Position numbers and translations under genes: made by a program. From an uncultured Desulfobacter sp. (GTDB lineage: Bacteria > Desulfobacterota > Desulfobacteria > Desulfobacterales > Desulfobacteraceae), in contig OY762069.1 of the NCBI GenBank assembly GCA_963665095.1, positions 1,920,001 to 1,984,000 of the forward strand: a stretch of 64,000 nucleotides of DNA, given 5' to 3'. Every line of letters starts with the position of its first letter. Position 1 is the stretch's first letter. Positions 30,975-41,514 of the stretch are shown piece after piece. The notes beneath the pieces were generated by a model. The model was given only the letters and a program-made list of their open reading frames with translations, did no database searches and had not been told where the DNA came from.

Positions 30975-32669
30975 TCAGGCCTTGTATGCCCCCACATTGG
31001 CAAGGGCCATTGAGCCCGGGCTTACAGTGGTGGGGTCTGTCATGACGTTGATGCAGCACACCTTGCCCGAGGCAAAGGCATCTTCAAGGGCTGCCTTAAT
31101 ATCCTTGGGGTCTTCAACAAAATAGCCCTTGCCGCCAATGGCTTCCACCATCTTGTGGTAATCAACCCGACCGATATACGTGCCTTCGGGAATGGCATGT
31201 CCAATGCGAATTTCCTGGGAATGGCGGATCATGCCCCAGCCAAGATCATTGGCAATCACCACAACGATGGGCAGATTTTTACGAATGGCATTTTCAAATT
31301 CCATGAAATTAAAGCCTACAGATCCGTCGCCAGTGAGCAGGAGCACACGCTTATCAGGATTGAGCAGTTTGGCGGCATTGGCATAGGGCAGTCCCACGGC
31401 AAGGGATCCGAAAATCCCGTAATCCAGATAGTTGCCGGCTGTTTTCATAGTGCGGGTCATGCCAAGCCAGGTGGTGGTGTCTCCGCCGTCTGCCACCACG
31501 ATATCATCTTCACGGTCCATGAATTCATTGACTTCCCTGGCCAGCCGCATGGGATGAACAGGAATGTTCTCAGATCCCCAGTCGTTGGCTGACATGGCTT
31601 TTCCATCTTCATGGGCTTTTACCAGTTTTTCCACCCAGGGGGTAAATTTCTCTTTGAATCCTCTGCTGTCCTTTTCCAGAAGCCGGTTGCACGCCACAAG
31701 AAACCCTTTGACATCCGATACCACGGGCAGATCCACGGTCCTGTTGCGGCCGATTTCATCGGGCTGGATATCCACCTGGGCAATTTTGGCTGCCGGGTTA
31801 AATACGTCGCCAAACAGGTAATACAGGCAAATCCGGGAACCAAGAATGATCACCAGATCTGTTTCTATGTATGCGGCAAATCCGCTTCCGGGCCGAATAG
31901 CAAGGGACCCTTCAAAACACAGGGGATGGTCGTCAGACACCAGCCCTCTTCCGGACAGATTGGTGTAAAGGGGGATGCCGGCTGTTTCGATAAAGGTTTT
32001 CAGTTCATCCCCGGCTCCGGACTGCCAGGCCCCGGTGCCTGCGATGACGATGGGGTTGTTCGCCGCTGCGATCATATCCATGAGCTCTGCGGCCTTACCG
32101 GGATCTGCCGGTGCCGAAACAACCGTGGTGCTGGGCTTGCGCACAGCCGACATATCCACAGGGGTGTTAAGCACATCAATGGGGAACTCAAGATATACCG
32201 GACCGGGCCGGCCGCTCTGGGCTGCCCTGAATGCCATGTCCACATACTCGTGTACCCGTTCCGCCTTCTGGCAGATCAGGGCTTTTTTGACCATGGGCCG
32301 GATCACGTCAATCTGGGGCATATCCTGGAGATCGAGGCGCTCTTTGTTATCAAGCCCCACGCATCCTGCAATGAGTACCAGAGGTGTGTTGGAAAAATGA
32401 GCCGAAGCAACCCCGGTAAGGGCATTGGTGAATCCCGGACCGGCAGTCACCATGGCAACACCGGCCCGGCGGGTCATCTTTCCGTAGGCCTCGGCCATGA
32501 ACAGGGCTGACTGCTCGTGGCGGGTATCGTATATTTTTACATCAGATCCTTCAAGGTGCTGGTAAATGGGGGTGATATGCCCGCCACTCAAAGAAAAAAT
32601 ATAGTCGATCTTTCTGTCAATCAGTGCCTGGGCTGCCAGTTGCGCCCCTGTAATGGTTGTGCCTTCCAT
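30975..32669 (-). CDS. ThDP-dependent enzyme (acetolactate synthase / 2-hydroxyacyl-CoA lyase-like)
   Basis: RHEQSA, TAGPGFTN, GRPGPVY, GDGSVGF...NDLGWG ThDP motif. Confidence 0.85.
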   Translation of the reverse strand: MEGTTITGAQLAAQALIDRKIDYIFSLSGGHITPIYQHLEGSDVKIYDTRHEQSALFMAEAYGKMTRRAGVAMVTAGPGFTNALTGVASAHFSNTPLVLIAGCVGLDNKERLDLQDMPQIDVIRPMVKKALICQKAERVHEYVDMAFRAAQSGRPGPVYLEFPIDVLNTPVDMSAVRKPSTTVVSAPADPGKAAELMDMIAAANNPIVIAGTGAWQSGAGDELKTFIETAGIPLYTNLSGRGLVSDDHPLCFEGSLAIRPGSGFAAYIETDLVIILGSRICLYYLFGDVFNPAAKIAQVDIQPDEIGRNRTVDLPVVSDVKGFLVACNRLLEKDSRGFKEKFTPWVEKLVKAHEDGKAMSANDWGSENIPVHPMRLAREVNEFMDREDDIVVADGGDTTTWLGMTRTMKTAGNYLDYGIFGSLAVGLPYANAAKLLNPDKRVLLLTGDGSVGFNFMEFENAIRKNLPIVVVIANDLGWGMIRHSQEIRIGHAIPEGTYIGRVDYHKMVEAIGGKGYFVEDPKDIKAALEDAFASGKVCCINVMTDPTTVSPGSMALANVGAYKA

Positions 32670-32692
32670 GTCTGCTCCTTTTTTTATATAAA

Positions 32693-33526
32693 TTATAATT
32701 CCATCAGCTGTCCGCCGCAGATATTAAGTGCCTGACCCGTGACGTAGGAGGATGCGTCAGTGGCCAGAAAGGCAACCATGTCTGCCACTTCTTTCGGGCT
32801 GCCAATACGCTGCAACGGAATAGTTTCACACATTTTTCTTTCCTGCTCTTCCACGGTGGTATTTAAAAACTGGGCTTCAAGGCCGAAGCGCCAGCGTTCA
32901 AGATCCGTCATGATCTGACCGGGACAGATTGCATTCACCCGGATTTTAAACCCGGACAACTCTTTCGCCATGACTTTGGTCAGCATGATCACACCGGCTT
33001 TGGACACGGCATAGGCGCCGTTGAACAAAGGCGGTACCTTGCCGGCCCGGGAGGCGGTATTCACAATGGCCCCGCCATTGGCCTGCATCAGGGGTATTAT
33101 GGCCTTGGAAACCCGGAAAACACTATGCAGATTCACATCCACAGTCTTTATCCAGGCATCTTCAGGATAGGTCTGAATGCCGTTGGGCACGCCGAAAGTG
33201 GCACCGGCATTGTTGCAAAGAATATCCACCTGGCCGAACGCCTCTTTGACCTTGTCCGCCATGGCCGTCACCTTGGCGGTGTCTGTAACATCCAGATTGA
33301 CTGCCAAAGTGCGCACCTTGTATTCAGATGCAAGATATTCAGCGATTTCCTCCATCTCCTGAGAGGTGCCGGTTCCCACGTCTGAGCCGGAATCAGGCGC
33401 AGACCCGAGATCTGCAATCACCACATTGGCTCCCAGTGATGCCAGTTTTTCGGCAATGGCATACCCGATGCCGGTTTTTTTTCCGGAACCTGTTACAACT
33501 GCTGTTTTTTTATCCAACTCGCCCAT
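32693..33526 (-). CDS. short-chain dehydrogenase/reductase
   Basis: TGSGKKTGIG, NNAG, YAVSK, VNAICPG. Confidence 0.9.
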   Translation of the reverse strand: MGELDKKTAVVTGSGKKTGIGYAIAEKLASLGANVVIADLGSAPDSGSDVGTGTSQEMEEIAEYLASEYKVRTLAVNLDVTDTAKVTAMADKVKEAFGQVDILCNNAGATFGVPNGIQTYPEDAWIKTVDVNLHSVFRVSKAIIPLMQANGGAIVNTASRAGKVPPLFNGAYAVSKAGVIMLTKVMAKELSGFKIRVNAICPGQIMTDLERWRFGLEAQFLNTTVEEQERKMCETIPLQRIGSPKEVADMVAFLATDASSYVTGQALNICGGQLMEL

Positions 33527-33607
33527 GTTTCTTCCTTTCCCCGTCTAAGCGGTCTTTTTGGCCTGATGCCTTCGAGAAACAACCTGGTCAGGCCGTTAAA
33601 CCATATA

Positions 33608-34231
33608 TTATTGAGGTTTAAGCTGATTTATCAATTGCTCTACGCTGTAATCGTAAATACTTTTATGATCCTCATGATTTAAGATGGTCTGCTCAAATTT
33701 TTTAAACTGGGTCAGTCCGTGAAGGGTGCCCCAGAACATAACAGAGAACCTGTCCGGTTGTTCAATGTTTATAACTGCCTGCTCAATGCCTGTATGAAGA
33801 GTTTCCCTGATAATTTCCAGAATCCTGCTACCGGCAGTATCAACCTCCTGCTTTTGATCAGGAGTAAAAAATATCTTTGGAGAAGAGAGAAAATAATTAA
33901 TAATACTATAATATTCAGGCTGACTCTGGGAAAAGGCATAATAAGCATCGGCAATCTGCCGAAGTTTATCATCGCAGGGAATTTCCTGTTCCGCAACCTG
34001 CCTGATAATACCGAACAGCACAGACAGCCCTTCCTGCTGAAGGGCAATAAAAATTTCTTCTTTGTTTTTGTAATGAAAATAGATGGTGCCGACACCAAGT
34101 TCAGCCTCTTTGGCGATACCGGCAATGGAGATATTCTCTATGCCATTTAAAAAAAGCAGCTTGCGCGCGGCATCAAGAATCTGGCTGCGTCGCATCTGTT
34201 TTTCCAGCTCCCGGCGTTCCTGAACCCCCAT
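33608..34231 (-). CDS. TetR/AcrR-family transcriptional regulator
   Basis: ILDAARKLL..ISIAGIAKEAELGVGTIYFHYKNKEEI; GAGGTGA RBS. Confidence 0.92.
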   Translation of the reverse strand: MGVQERRELEKQMRRSQILDAARKLLFLNGIENISIAGIAKEAELGVGTIYFHYKNKEEIFIALQQEGLSVLFGIIRQVAEQEIPCDDKLRQIADAYYAFSQSQPEYYSIINYFLSSPKIFFTPDQKQEVDTAGSRILEIIRETLHTGIEQAVINIEQPDRFSVMFWGTLHGLTQFKKFEQTILNHEDHKSIYDYSVEQLINQLKPQ

Positions 34232-34427
34232 ACTCACCTCAATCATAGAAGATTGTTTTGTTATAGAATGTCATTCGACTAATGAATAGCACTCGCTGAA
34301 CTTACGTGTCAAGAAATTTTTTTTTATTACAAAATGGTGGTTTAAACCGATAGGGATTTACAGGGGAAAGGCAGAAGGAAAACGCGCTATTTGCTGGGAT
34401 CTGCGAATTTTTACGGACTATTGAAAA

Positions 34428-34470
34428 TAAACGGCAGGTTCCGGATCCAAGGCCCAAAACCTGCCGTTTA
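34428..34470 (-). terminator. intrinsic terminator after ugd
   Basis: 13-bp stem TAAACGGCAGGTT / AACCTGCCGTTTA with a T-rich tail on the minus strand. Confidence 0.65.
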
Positions 34471-34494
34471 AACTTTATTTACAACGGGAATCTG

Positions 34495-35829
34495 TTATCC
34501 GATTTCCCGTCCAATGCCGTGATACTCAAATCCGGCTTCCCGGATCTCCTCGGGATCGTACTGGTTTCTGCCGTCAAAGATAACCCGGTCATTCATAATA
34601 GTGGCCATTTTTTTAAAATCCGGCTGCCGGAAAGCTTTCCATTCGGTAACCAGAATGCAGGCATCTGCATTCTCAAGGGCGGCATACTGGTCTTTTGCAA
34701 AAATAATATTCTTTTGTTCATCAGTCGGAATCTCTTTTTTTGCCTGATCCATAGCCACCGGGTCATACACGCAGACCTTTGCACCGGCTTCAACCAGGGT
34801 TTTTATCAGCACCAGGGATGAGGCTTCCCGCATATCATCTGTACCGGGTTTAAAGGCCAGCCCCCATACACAGAATGTTCTTGCTGACAAATCTTTGCCG
34901 AACCGCTGAAGGACTTTGTTGCCAAGCACCTGTTTCTGCATGTTGTTCCGAAGCTCCACGGCCTCAAGAAGGTGTGCAGAGAAATCAGCATCCTTACTGG
35001 TTTTGACCAGAGCCTTAACATCCTTGGGAAAACAGGAACCGCCATAGCCACAGCCTGGATAAATAAATGAATACCCGATGCGCGAATCAGACCCGATGCC
35101 CTTTCGTACATTTTCCACATCCACGCCCAGCCGTTCGCACAGATTGGATATTTCATTCATGAATGAAATCTTTGTGGCCAGCATGGAGTTGGCGGCATAT
35201 TTTGTCATTTCAGCATCTTTGACTTTCATGAACAAAATTTTGTCATGGTTTCTCGAAAACGGTGCGTACAGCCTGCGCATGATTTTAATGGCCCGGTCCG
35301 ATTCTGCCCCCACAATAATCCGGTCAGGTTTGAGAAAATCATGAACGGCTGCCCCCTCTTTGAGAAATTCAGGATTGGAAACCACGTCAAATTCAATATC
35401 CCTGCCCCTGGCCTCAAGTTCTTCCCGGATCGCAGCCCTGACCTTGTCCGCCGTACCCACCGGCACCGTGGACTTATCCACGATCACGGCATACTCTTCA
35501 ATCACGGTGCCAATCTGACGGGCCACCTGCAGCACATATTGAAGATCGGCAGAGCCGTCTTCCCCGGGCGGGGTACCCACGGCAATAAAAAAAACATGGC
35601 ACGCCTTTGCTGCGTCAGAAAGGGATGTTGTAAAATTTAACGTACCTTCCTTATGGTTTTCCAGCACAATGGACTCAAGCCCGGGTTCATAAATGGGCAG
35701 AATCCCATTTTTCAGATTATCAATTTTATCCTGGTCAATGTCCACGCAGGTGACATGACTTCCCATTTCGGAAAAACATGCCCCGGTGACAAGCCCCACA
35801 TAGCCGGTTCCAATAATAGTTAGTTTCAT
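34495..35829 (-). CDS. ugd: UDP-glucose 6-dehydrogenase
   Basis: GTGYVG, KSTVPVGT, NPEFLKEG, GYGGSCFPKD, AFKPGTDDMRE, FDGRN. Confidence 0.95.
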   Translation of the reverse strand: MKLTIIGTGYVGLVTGACFSEMGSHVTCVDIDQDKIDNLKNGILPIYEPGLESIVLENHKEGTLNFTTSLSDAAKACHVFFIAVGTPPGEDGSADLQYVLQVARQIGTVIEEYAVIVDKSTVPVGTADKVRAAIREELEARGRDIEFDVVSNPEFLKEGAAVHDFLKPDRIIVGAESDRAIKIMRRLYAPFSRNHDKILFMKVKDAEMTKYAANSMLATKISFMNEISNLCERLGVDVENVRKGIGSDSRIGYSFIYPGCGYGGSCFPKDVKALVKTSKDADFSAHLLEAVELRNNMQKQVLGNKVLQRFGKDLSARTFCVWGLAFKPGTDDMREASSLVLIKTLVEAGAKVCVYDPVAMDQAKKEIPTDEQKNIIFAKDQYAALENADACILVTEWKAFRQPDFKKMATIMNDRVIFDGRNQYDPEEIREAGFEYHGIGREIG

Positions 35830-35976
35830 TGAGCAGCAATGCCTCTCATAAATATGCCGGCATCAGACAGGAAATTCCGGCAAAGAGTTTTATCACACAA
35901 AGATTCGTGAACTTGAGTATGATAGAAAAACAATTTAGAGATGTCAATTATACCAATAATTGTTATTCCAATGCGC

Positions 35977-38757
35977 TTACTTCAATATAAGCCCTGCCGG
36001 CAGGCGTTCACCAAACTGCAGGCTTTTTTCCCTCATTCCCATCTCAGTTTTTTCTTTTATCCCAGCAAGTTTTTCAGGATCACTTCCCTGGGAAATCATC
36101 CATTGGAAGATCTTTTCAAGGGCCTCATCAGATAAATCCCTGGTCCGGTCACCTGTTTTTCTTGCCAGGGAGACAATCATTTCATGAACAGGTTCGTTTT
36201 TATGCCATTGCATTTTCATTATCTTCTGGATCCACCTGACGACCTCAGCGGCCGGAAGGACCCGGTCAGCAGAGCCGTAAAGCAGTTCCCGGGCACCAAA
36301 ACGAGATAAAGTCCACAAATGGCGATCCATCTTCTTACCCGGTTTAATCATTTTTATCAACGCCTTGGCCAGGACAATCTTATCTTTTACCAGCAGACGC
36401 TCCATATTGCCGGAAGCCATCCATAATTCGGTTTGCTCCTGGGGCGTCATTTTATTTTTTTCCGGTTTGATGAGCAATGAAGCTGTATCCTGATAAAACT
36501 GACGTTGCTGCCCTGCATTCAGGCCTGCAGCCATACGGCGGATAAAAATCCACCACTCCAGCCTGTTCTGCGGAATTTTATCGTGGGTCAGCCCGGTCAG
36601 ATAAATTTTCCACAACTGCCTGATCCGTTCCTGATCAAAGGCATCACCAAAACCAGGACGCATGCAAAATCCTGTCAGATTCAACCATCGGGCTTCACAG
36701 GCAGCAGAAGCAGTACGGGTCTGCGCGATTTTAATCAGCTTATCAGCCAGAGCACGCAAAAAAGACAAAGGCCAGTTGGCTTTTTTCTGGGCAACCACAT
36801 CTTCCAGAGATCTGACAATCGTTCTCAACTGTTCCTCATCGCCCCCAAATGCCTGGTCTAACAGGTTGAGGGCATCCTGGATCATCGCATCATCATACAC
36901 TTCACTATCAGGGGCGGCCACTGCTGCATTACCGGCCTGTCTCAACTGAAACTGCAACTTCCATTCATGGTCACTGACCTTGGACCGGCAGAACATCAAC
37001 AGGCTTCCCATTTCCGTATATTCAGCCCCGACAGTAATGGGGAGCTGTTTTTTCTCGCCCTTTTTTCCAAATTTCACAATGGTCTGAATGGGTGCCATGG
37101 ATGACAGGGTGTCATCCACCGAAATAACATCTCCGGCACTGTCTCCGGATCTGAAAGAGGAAGAGTACACATCAAACGAGACCGGCTGGTTTGCCAGAAC
37201 ATCAAAAGAGAGGTCCTGTAAATCAATTTTTGACCCCTCATCAAGTCCTCTTTCCACCAGGCAAACGGCCTTCTTTTTCTCTGAATCGACAACGGATATG
37301 CCAAGATAATAATTTCTTGGACTTCCGCTGCCCACCCTGACCCCGATACCCTGCTTGACCAGGCCATAGTAGGAGGCACCAACACCGACAGCAAGTTCAG
37401 GGCGATCATTTTCAAGAATGACCGGTTTCTGAGAATTGGACACCTTAAACCATCTGCGAATGGCCTCCTTTATCCTGGACTGCACAAGCGTTGGTTTAAG
37501 GGTGCCTCCATTAAAAAGGATAAAATCCGGCATGGGGGAATCTTTTCCCAAAACCTTTTTCACTGTGTCTTTATGATTTTCCAGGAAACAAACAATATGT
37601 TTTGTGACACTGGATTCCTTTTCAAAAGGAAGCCCGAAATCAGCAATTTGTTTCCCTGTATCCTCTTCCGTGAATTCCGAAGTGACGACATCCGCAAAAA
37701 ATTTACCCCGCAAAACACTTTCCACATCGGCCCGGGTCAGGTCTGCAGCCAGGGTGCCTGCTATCAGTGCCCGGCCCTCCCCTTTTAGGGTAATTCTTAC
37801 GGAACGCTCACCTTTGTCAAGGATCCGTTCTTTGGCATCCCGGCATCTGTGGCAAAGTGTTTTCCATTTATCCGGGGTCAATGATGTTTTGGATTGGAAC
37901 TTACCCTCCACAATTCTGGCCAGGGCCAGATCAATATTGTCCCCGCCCAGTATCAGGTGATCTCCCACGGCAACCCTTTCAAACCGTGGAGATCCGTCTG
38001 TTTTCTTCAGGGTGATCAGACTGAAGTCTGTGGTGCCCCCGCCCACATCACAAACAAGGATCAACTCCTGCTCTCCCACCCGGGTCTGCCAGTCTGATTC
38101 ATGGCGGATCAACCAGCTGTAGAAGGCAGCTAACGGCTCTTCAAGGAGTGTCACCGATGACCCGAAACCTGCCATCCGGACCGCCTCCATTGTCAGGTCC
38201 CGGGCTTCCTCATTAAAGGAAGCAGGCACAGTGATGACCACAAACTGATTTTCAAGGAATTGGTCTTCATCCTTAACAAAATGATTCCAGGCACTTCGAA
38301 TATGCCCAAGATATTCGGAGGTCGCCGTAACAGGAGAGACCTTGTCAAAGCCTTCGGATCCCCAGGGCAATATTTTTGCTTCTCTGTCAACCCCTGGGTT
38401 GCACAGCCAGCTTTTAGCGGAAGAAACAAGGCGGGAAGGTATTTTTGACCCATGATCCCTTGCAAAGGTTCCGGCAAACAGGTCTTCCCTTTTTTTCCAG
38501 GGATGCCTGAGCACCTCTTTGGAGATATCGTATTCGCCCGGAATATATAAAAAAGACGGCAGGACCGGTATTTTTGTAAACTCCCCAAGTCCTGTTAGCT
38601 GGGGCACATTGAACACTTTTATAACGGTGTCTTTATCAGGAGTATGCCGGGTTTCCGCCATTGTCTTTTTCAACGCTGCCACATCTACATATGAAACCGC
38701 TGAATTGGTCGTACCCAGATCAATGCCAATGACATACTGCTTTTCCTGAAAATCCAA
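35977..38757 (-). CDS. atypical long Hsp70/DnaK-family protein with C-terminal extension (DUF3731-like)
   Basis: GIDLGTTNS, ITVPASF, LEEPLAA, DVGGGTTD, LGGDNID; tail with WLNLTGFCMRPGFG. Confidence 0.85.
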   Translation of the reverse strand: MDFQEKQYVIGIDLGTTNSAVSYVDVAALKKTMAETRHTPDKDTVIKVFNVPQLTGLGEFTKIPVLPSFLYIPGEYDISKEVLRHPWKKREDLFAGTFARDHGSKIPSRLVSSAKSWLCNPGVDREAKILPWGSEGFDKVSPVTATSEYLGHIRSAWNHFVKDEDQFLENQFVVITVPASFNEEARDLTMEAVRMAGFGSSVTLLEEPLAAFYSWLIRHESDWQTRVGEQELILVCDVGGGTTDFSLITLKKTDGSPRFERVAVGDHLILGGDNIDLALARIVEGKFQSKTSLTPDKWKTLCHRCRDAKERILDKGERSVRITLKGEGRALIAGTLAADLTRADVESVLRGKFFADVVTSEFTEEDTGKQIADFGLPFEKESSVTKHIVCFLENHKDTVKKVLGKDSPMPDFILFNGGTLKPTLVQSRIKEAIRRWFKVSNSQKPVILENDRPELAVGVGASYYGLVKQGIGVRVGSGSPRNYYLGISVVDSEKKKAVCLVERGLDEGSKIDLQDLSFDVLANQPVSFDVYSSSFRSGDSAGDVISVDDTLSSMAPIQTIVKFGKKGEKKQLPITVGAEYTEMGSLLMFCRSKVSDHEWKLQFQLRQAGNAAVAAPDSEVYDDAMIQDALNLLDQAFGGDEEQLRTIVRSLEDVVAQKKANWPLSFLRALADKLIKIAQTRTASAACEARWLNLTGFCMRPGFGDAFDQERIRQLWKIYLTGLTHDKIPQNRLEWWIFIRRMAAGLNAGQQRQFYQDTASLLIKPEKNKMTPQEQTELWMASGNMERLLVKDKIVLAKALIKMIKPGKKMDRHLWTLSRFGARELLYGSADRVLPAAEVVRWIQKIMKMQWHKNEPVHEMIVSLARKTGDRTRDLSDEALEKIFQWMISQGSDPEKLAGIKEKTEMGMREKSLQFGERLPAGLILK

Positions 38758-38814
38758 AATTTCCCCCTGTTATACTTCTGCAGCGTTCAGTCCGTAATAG
38801 TAACCCAATCCTGC

Positions 38815-39567
38815 TTACTGAATTTCAATCTCAGCCGGGGTCATTATCCCGGGGTCCTGTACATCTGCTAACTTTGGGACATCTCTCTTTCCGGCCCGCC
38901 AACCAGGATGCCTGATGATTCCCTTAAAGGGCGGGTGTCCGGAAACATTGCCCACCAAATTTATAGCTTCCATATCAAACCCTTCCTCAACGGTAATAGG
39001 CTCACCTTCGTCCCCTTTAACCACAGGTTGGAGGTCGATATATTTTTTGACGGCTTTTTTACAGTCGGCCTGAATGCTTCTGACGGCAGCACCGATCTGG
39101 CCGTCATCATAATTGTTTAAATCTTCATCAAAAAAATCAAGCAGGCGGCCTTCGCGCTGCAAAATGGACAATGTATGAAGAAATAATCTTTGTCTTCGCT
39201 CCTGTTCTATCTTCTGATCAATAAAATCTTTTTTCTTTGTTCCTGCTGTTTCAGGCTGCCCTTTGGACGGCACGTCTTTTGTATCAATGCCGGCGGTTAA
39301 AACTGAAATACATGCCCAGATAATAAAACCTGATATCAAAAAAAAGCAAAAAATACCTGGAATGCCTAATTGGTAAAACTGACTGCCTTGTAAAAAAGAT
39401 AAAATAACAGGCACATTATCACTTAAAAGAGCCCTGCCCTGATCGGCGGGAGATTGCTTAGCCAGCTGTTGCCCTGTAAAGTAGATAGCGAATGCGGTAA
39501 GTCCGGCAGCCATTGTCATCACAGTCATGACAATCCAAAATGTTTTTCTTCGATATTGTTTATACAT
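38815..39567 (-). CDS. DUF2760-domain membrane protein
   Basis: two TM helices; LQREGRLLDFF.E..D.QIGAAVR, LVGNVSG.PPFKG..HPGW, PAEIE. Confidence 0.8.
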   Translation of the reverse strand: MYKQYRRKTFWIVMTVMTMAAGLTAFAIYFTGQQLAKQSPADQGRALLSDNVPVILSFLQGSQFYQLGIPGIFCFFLISGFIIWACISVLTAGIDTKDVPSKGQPETAGTKKKDFIDQKIEQERRQRLFLHTLSILQREGRLLDFFDEDLNNYDDGQIGAAVRSIQADCKKAVKKYIDLQPVVKGDEGEPITVEEGFDMEAINLVGNVSGHPPFKGIIRHPGWRAGKRDVPKLADVQDPGIMTPAEIEIQ

Positions 39568-39729
39568 GTTCTTAATTCCGCCTTATTGAAAATTCTTTTT
39601 CCCAGAAACAAAAGACTACCATGCCGACAAATCAGCATGGTAGTCAATAATAATACAAAATAAAAAAGCTGCAAGTAAAGGAGACTGCAGAATCAGGAAT
39701 TAATCCAGTTTCAACCGTTTTTGATTATC

Positions 39730-40011
39730 TTACTCATCCTTGACGCAAATTATATCCTTATTTGCTTCAAACACTTTGGGTCCGATACCCTTTACGTTCA
39801 TTAGATCTTCAATGATCTGAAACGGATTTTTTTCACGATATTCAATAATCCGTTGAGCAAGTGCGTCGCCCACATATTTCAAAGTGACCAGTTGTGCTTT
39901 TGGCGCGGTATTGATGTTTACCTTGTCTACTTTTGCTACTGCCGGCATCGTATAAAATGCCATTATCAGGCAAACTGCAATAAAAGCAATCCTCTTGGTT
40001 CTTGTTTTCAT
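39730..40011 (-). CDS. comEA: ComEA-family helix-hairpin-helix DNA-binding protein
   Basis: signal peptide; KVNINTA, A.RIIEYR, DLMNVKGIG. Confidence 0.85.
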   Translation of the reverse strand: MKTRTKRIAFIAVCLIMAFYTMPAVAKVDKVNINTAPKAQLVTLKYVGDALAQRIIEYREKNPFQIIEDLMNVKGIGPKVFEANKDIICVKDE

Positions 40012-40328
40012 GTAACCTCCTGTTTTTGATTTGAGAAATTATATTGAAACAATCCTGACCACTGCATCAGGAAAAAACGTTAACAATCAATCTGAGCTGC
40101 ATAGGAGATTGCGCAGGCAAACGAAAACAAATTCAATTTCTCTTGGACAAATTCTGAACAGATTTATAATTTGAATATTATTTACCTAACCCCAAACATA
40201 CTAAAAAATCAATAAGTTTTTGTATCTTCATTAAAAGACATTGCTTTTCCATACATGATATATAATAAAAAGCATAAAATTAAATACGCTTTAGATATTG
40301 GCAGCCTGAGCATTGCCGGGGAAAAACT

Positions 40329-41141
40329 TTGAAGACAAAACGATTTTTAATTTGCTGTGTAAACTATAACAGTGCCATGGAAACAGATCAATTCCTGAAG
40401 CATATTGACCAATTACGGGAAAGTGGAAGCAACATATTTGTATCAATTGCCGACAACAGTGATAACTTGAATATTTGTGTTCCGGACTGGTGCTGTATTG
40501 AACGGGGACATGGCAATGTCGGGTATATGTCGGGGTGTAATTTTGCATACCATGCCGGGGTGAAACAGTTTGGCAGTTTTGACTGGGTGGCGATGTCTAA
40601 CACGGATATTAAATTTTCCACAGATTTTTTCCGGGCTGATTGCTGGTTTAATGGTTCACTTAATAAATCAATACTTGCACCCCAAGTGACCAACACAAAG
40701 GGATACCAACAAAACCCGTTTAAAATCAAACCATTATCTTACAACCGAATCAGAATGAACTGGGTTATCTTTTCTAATTATTTTCTGGCAGCGGTGTATT
40801 CTATGATTTTTCGATTTAAAGCTGCGCTTGCATATAAAAAACAGATAAATGCTTTGGAGGAAAAGGTAATTGAAATATATGCCCCCCATGGTTCAATTAT
40901 ATTTTTCCCTTCATTTTTTCTGGGAATCACCCATGGGCTTAAATATATATCTTTTATGTATGGCGAAGAGCTTTATGTTGCAGAAATAGCACGTAAACAC
41001 AACATCAAAATATTGTATGTGCCTGAATTAAAGGTACAACATAATGAAAATTCTTCTACCGGGAAGATGGATTTCAAAAGAGTCTGCCGGTGGAGAGCAG
41101 ATAGTTATGCAGCCTTGCTTGAATATATGAATCGACAGTGA
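40329..41141 (+). CDS. glycosyltransferase family 2
   Basis: VNYN, ADNS, NVGY..GCN, SNTD, HGS, FMYGEE, H.E..ST; AT-rich coding. Confidence 0.8.
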   Translation: MKTKRFLICCVNYNSAMETDQFLKHIDQLRESGSNIFVSIADNSDNLNICVPDWCCIERGHGNVGYMSGCNFAYHAGVKQFGSFDWVAMSNTDIKFSTDFFRADCWFNGSLNKSILAPQVTNTKGYQQNPFKIKPLSYNRIRMNWVIFSNYFLAAVYSMIFRFKAALAYKKQINALEEKVIEIYAPHGSIIFFPSFFLGITHGLKYISFMYGEELYVAEIARKHNIKILYVPELKVQHNENSSTGKMDFKRVCRWRADSYAALLEYMNRQ

Positions 41142-41514
41142 CAGGGATGCATAGTCTACATCTATAAATCAGAAGCGTTTTATCAATAGTCCCGCCGATA
41201 AAAACGCCAAGGCAGTAGCACTTAAATGTGCTGTTAATAAATTTCGAGCCGGTTGATTTAGAGAGCGGGATTATTGATAAAACGTTGTTGAACAATGCTG
41301 CGGCTCAGTGACCGGCATACAACTTTCTGATATGGGGTTTATATCGTGTGCCCTTTTATGGTGCAACGATAATTTGGCAGGATTTTTAGAAATATTTTTT
41401 AAAAAAGTGGGTTGCATCGATAACCTGTTCCCTGACTTTTTGATTTTCTTGGGCGAGCCGCCTGATAACACCGTTTTTGGACGTACCTATCCGGTATGAC
41501 TGTTTGTGTCATTG

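Noticed and set aside
14368..32510. Long antisense ORFs (e.g. 14368-15387, 21595-22461, 31611-32510)
   Set aside because: They are shadows of well-supported genes on the opposite strand and carry no motifs.
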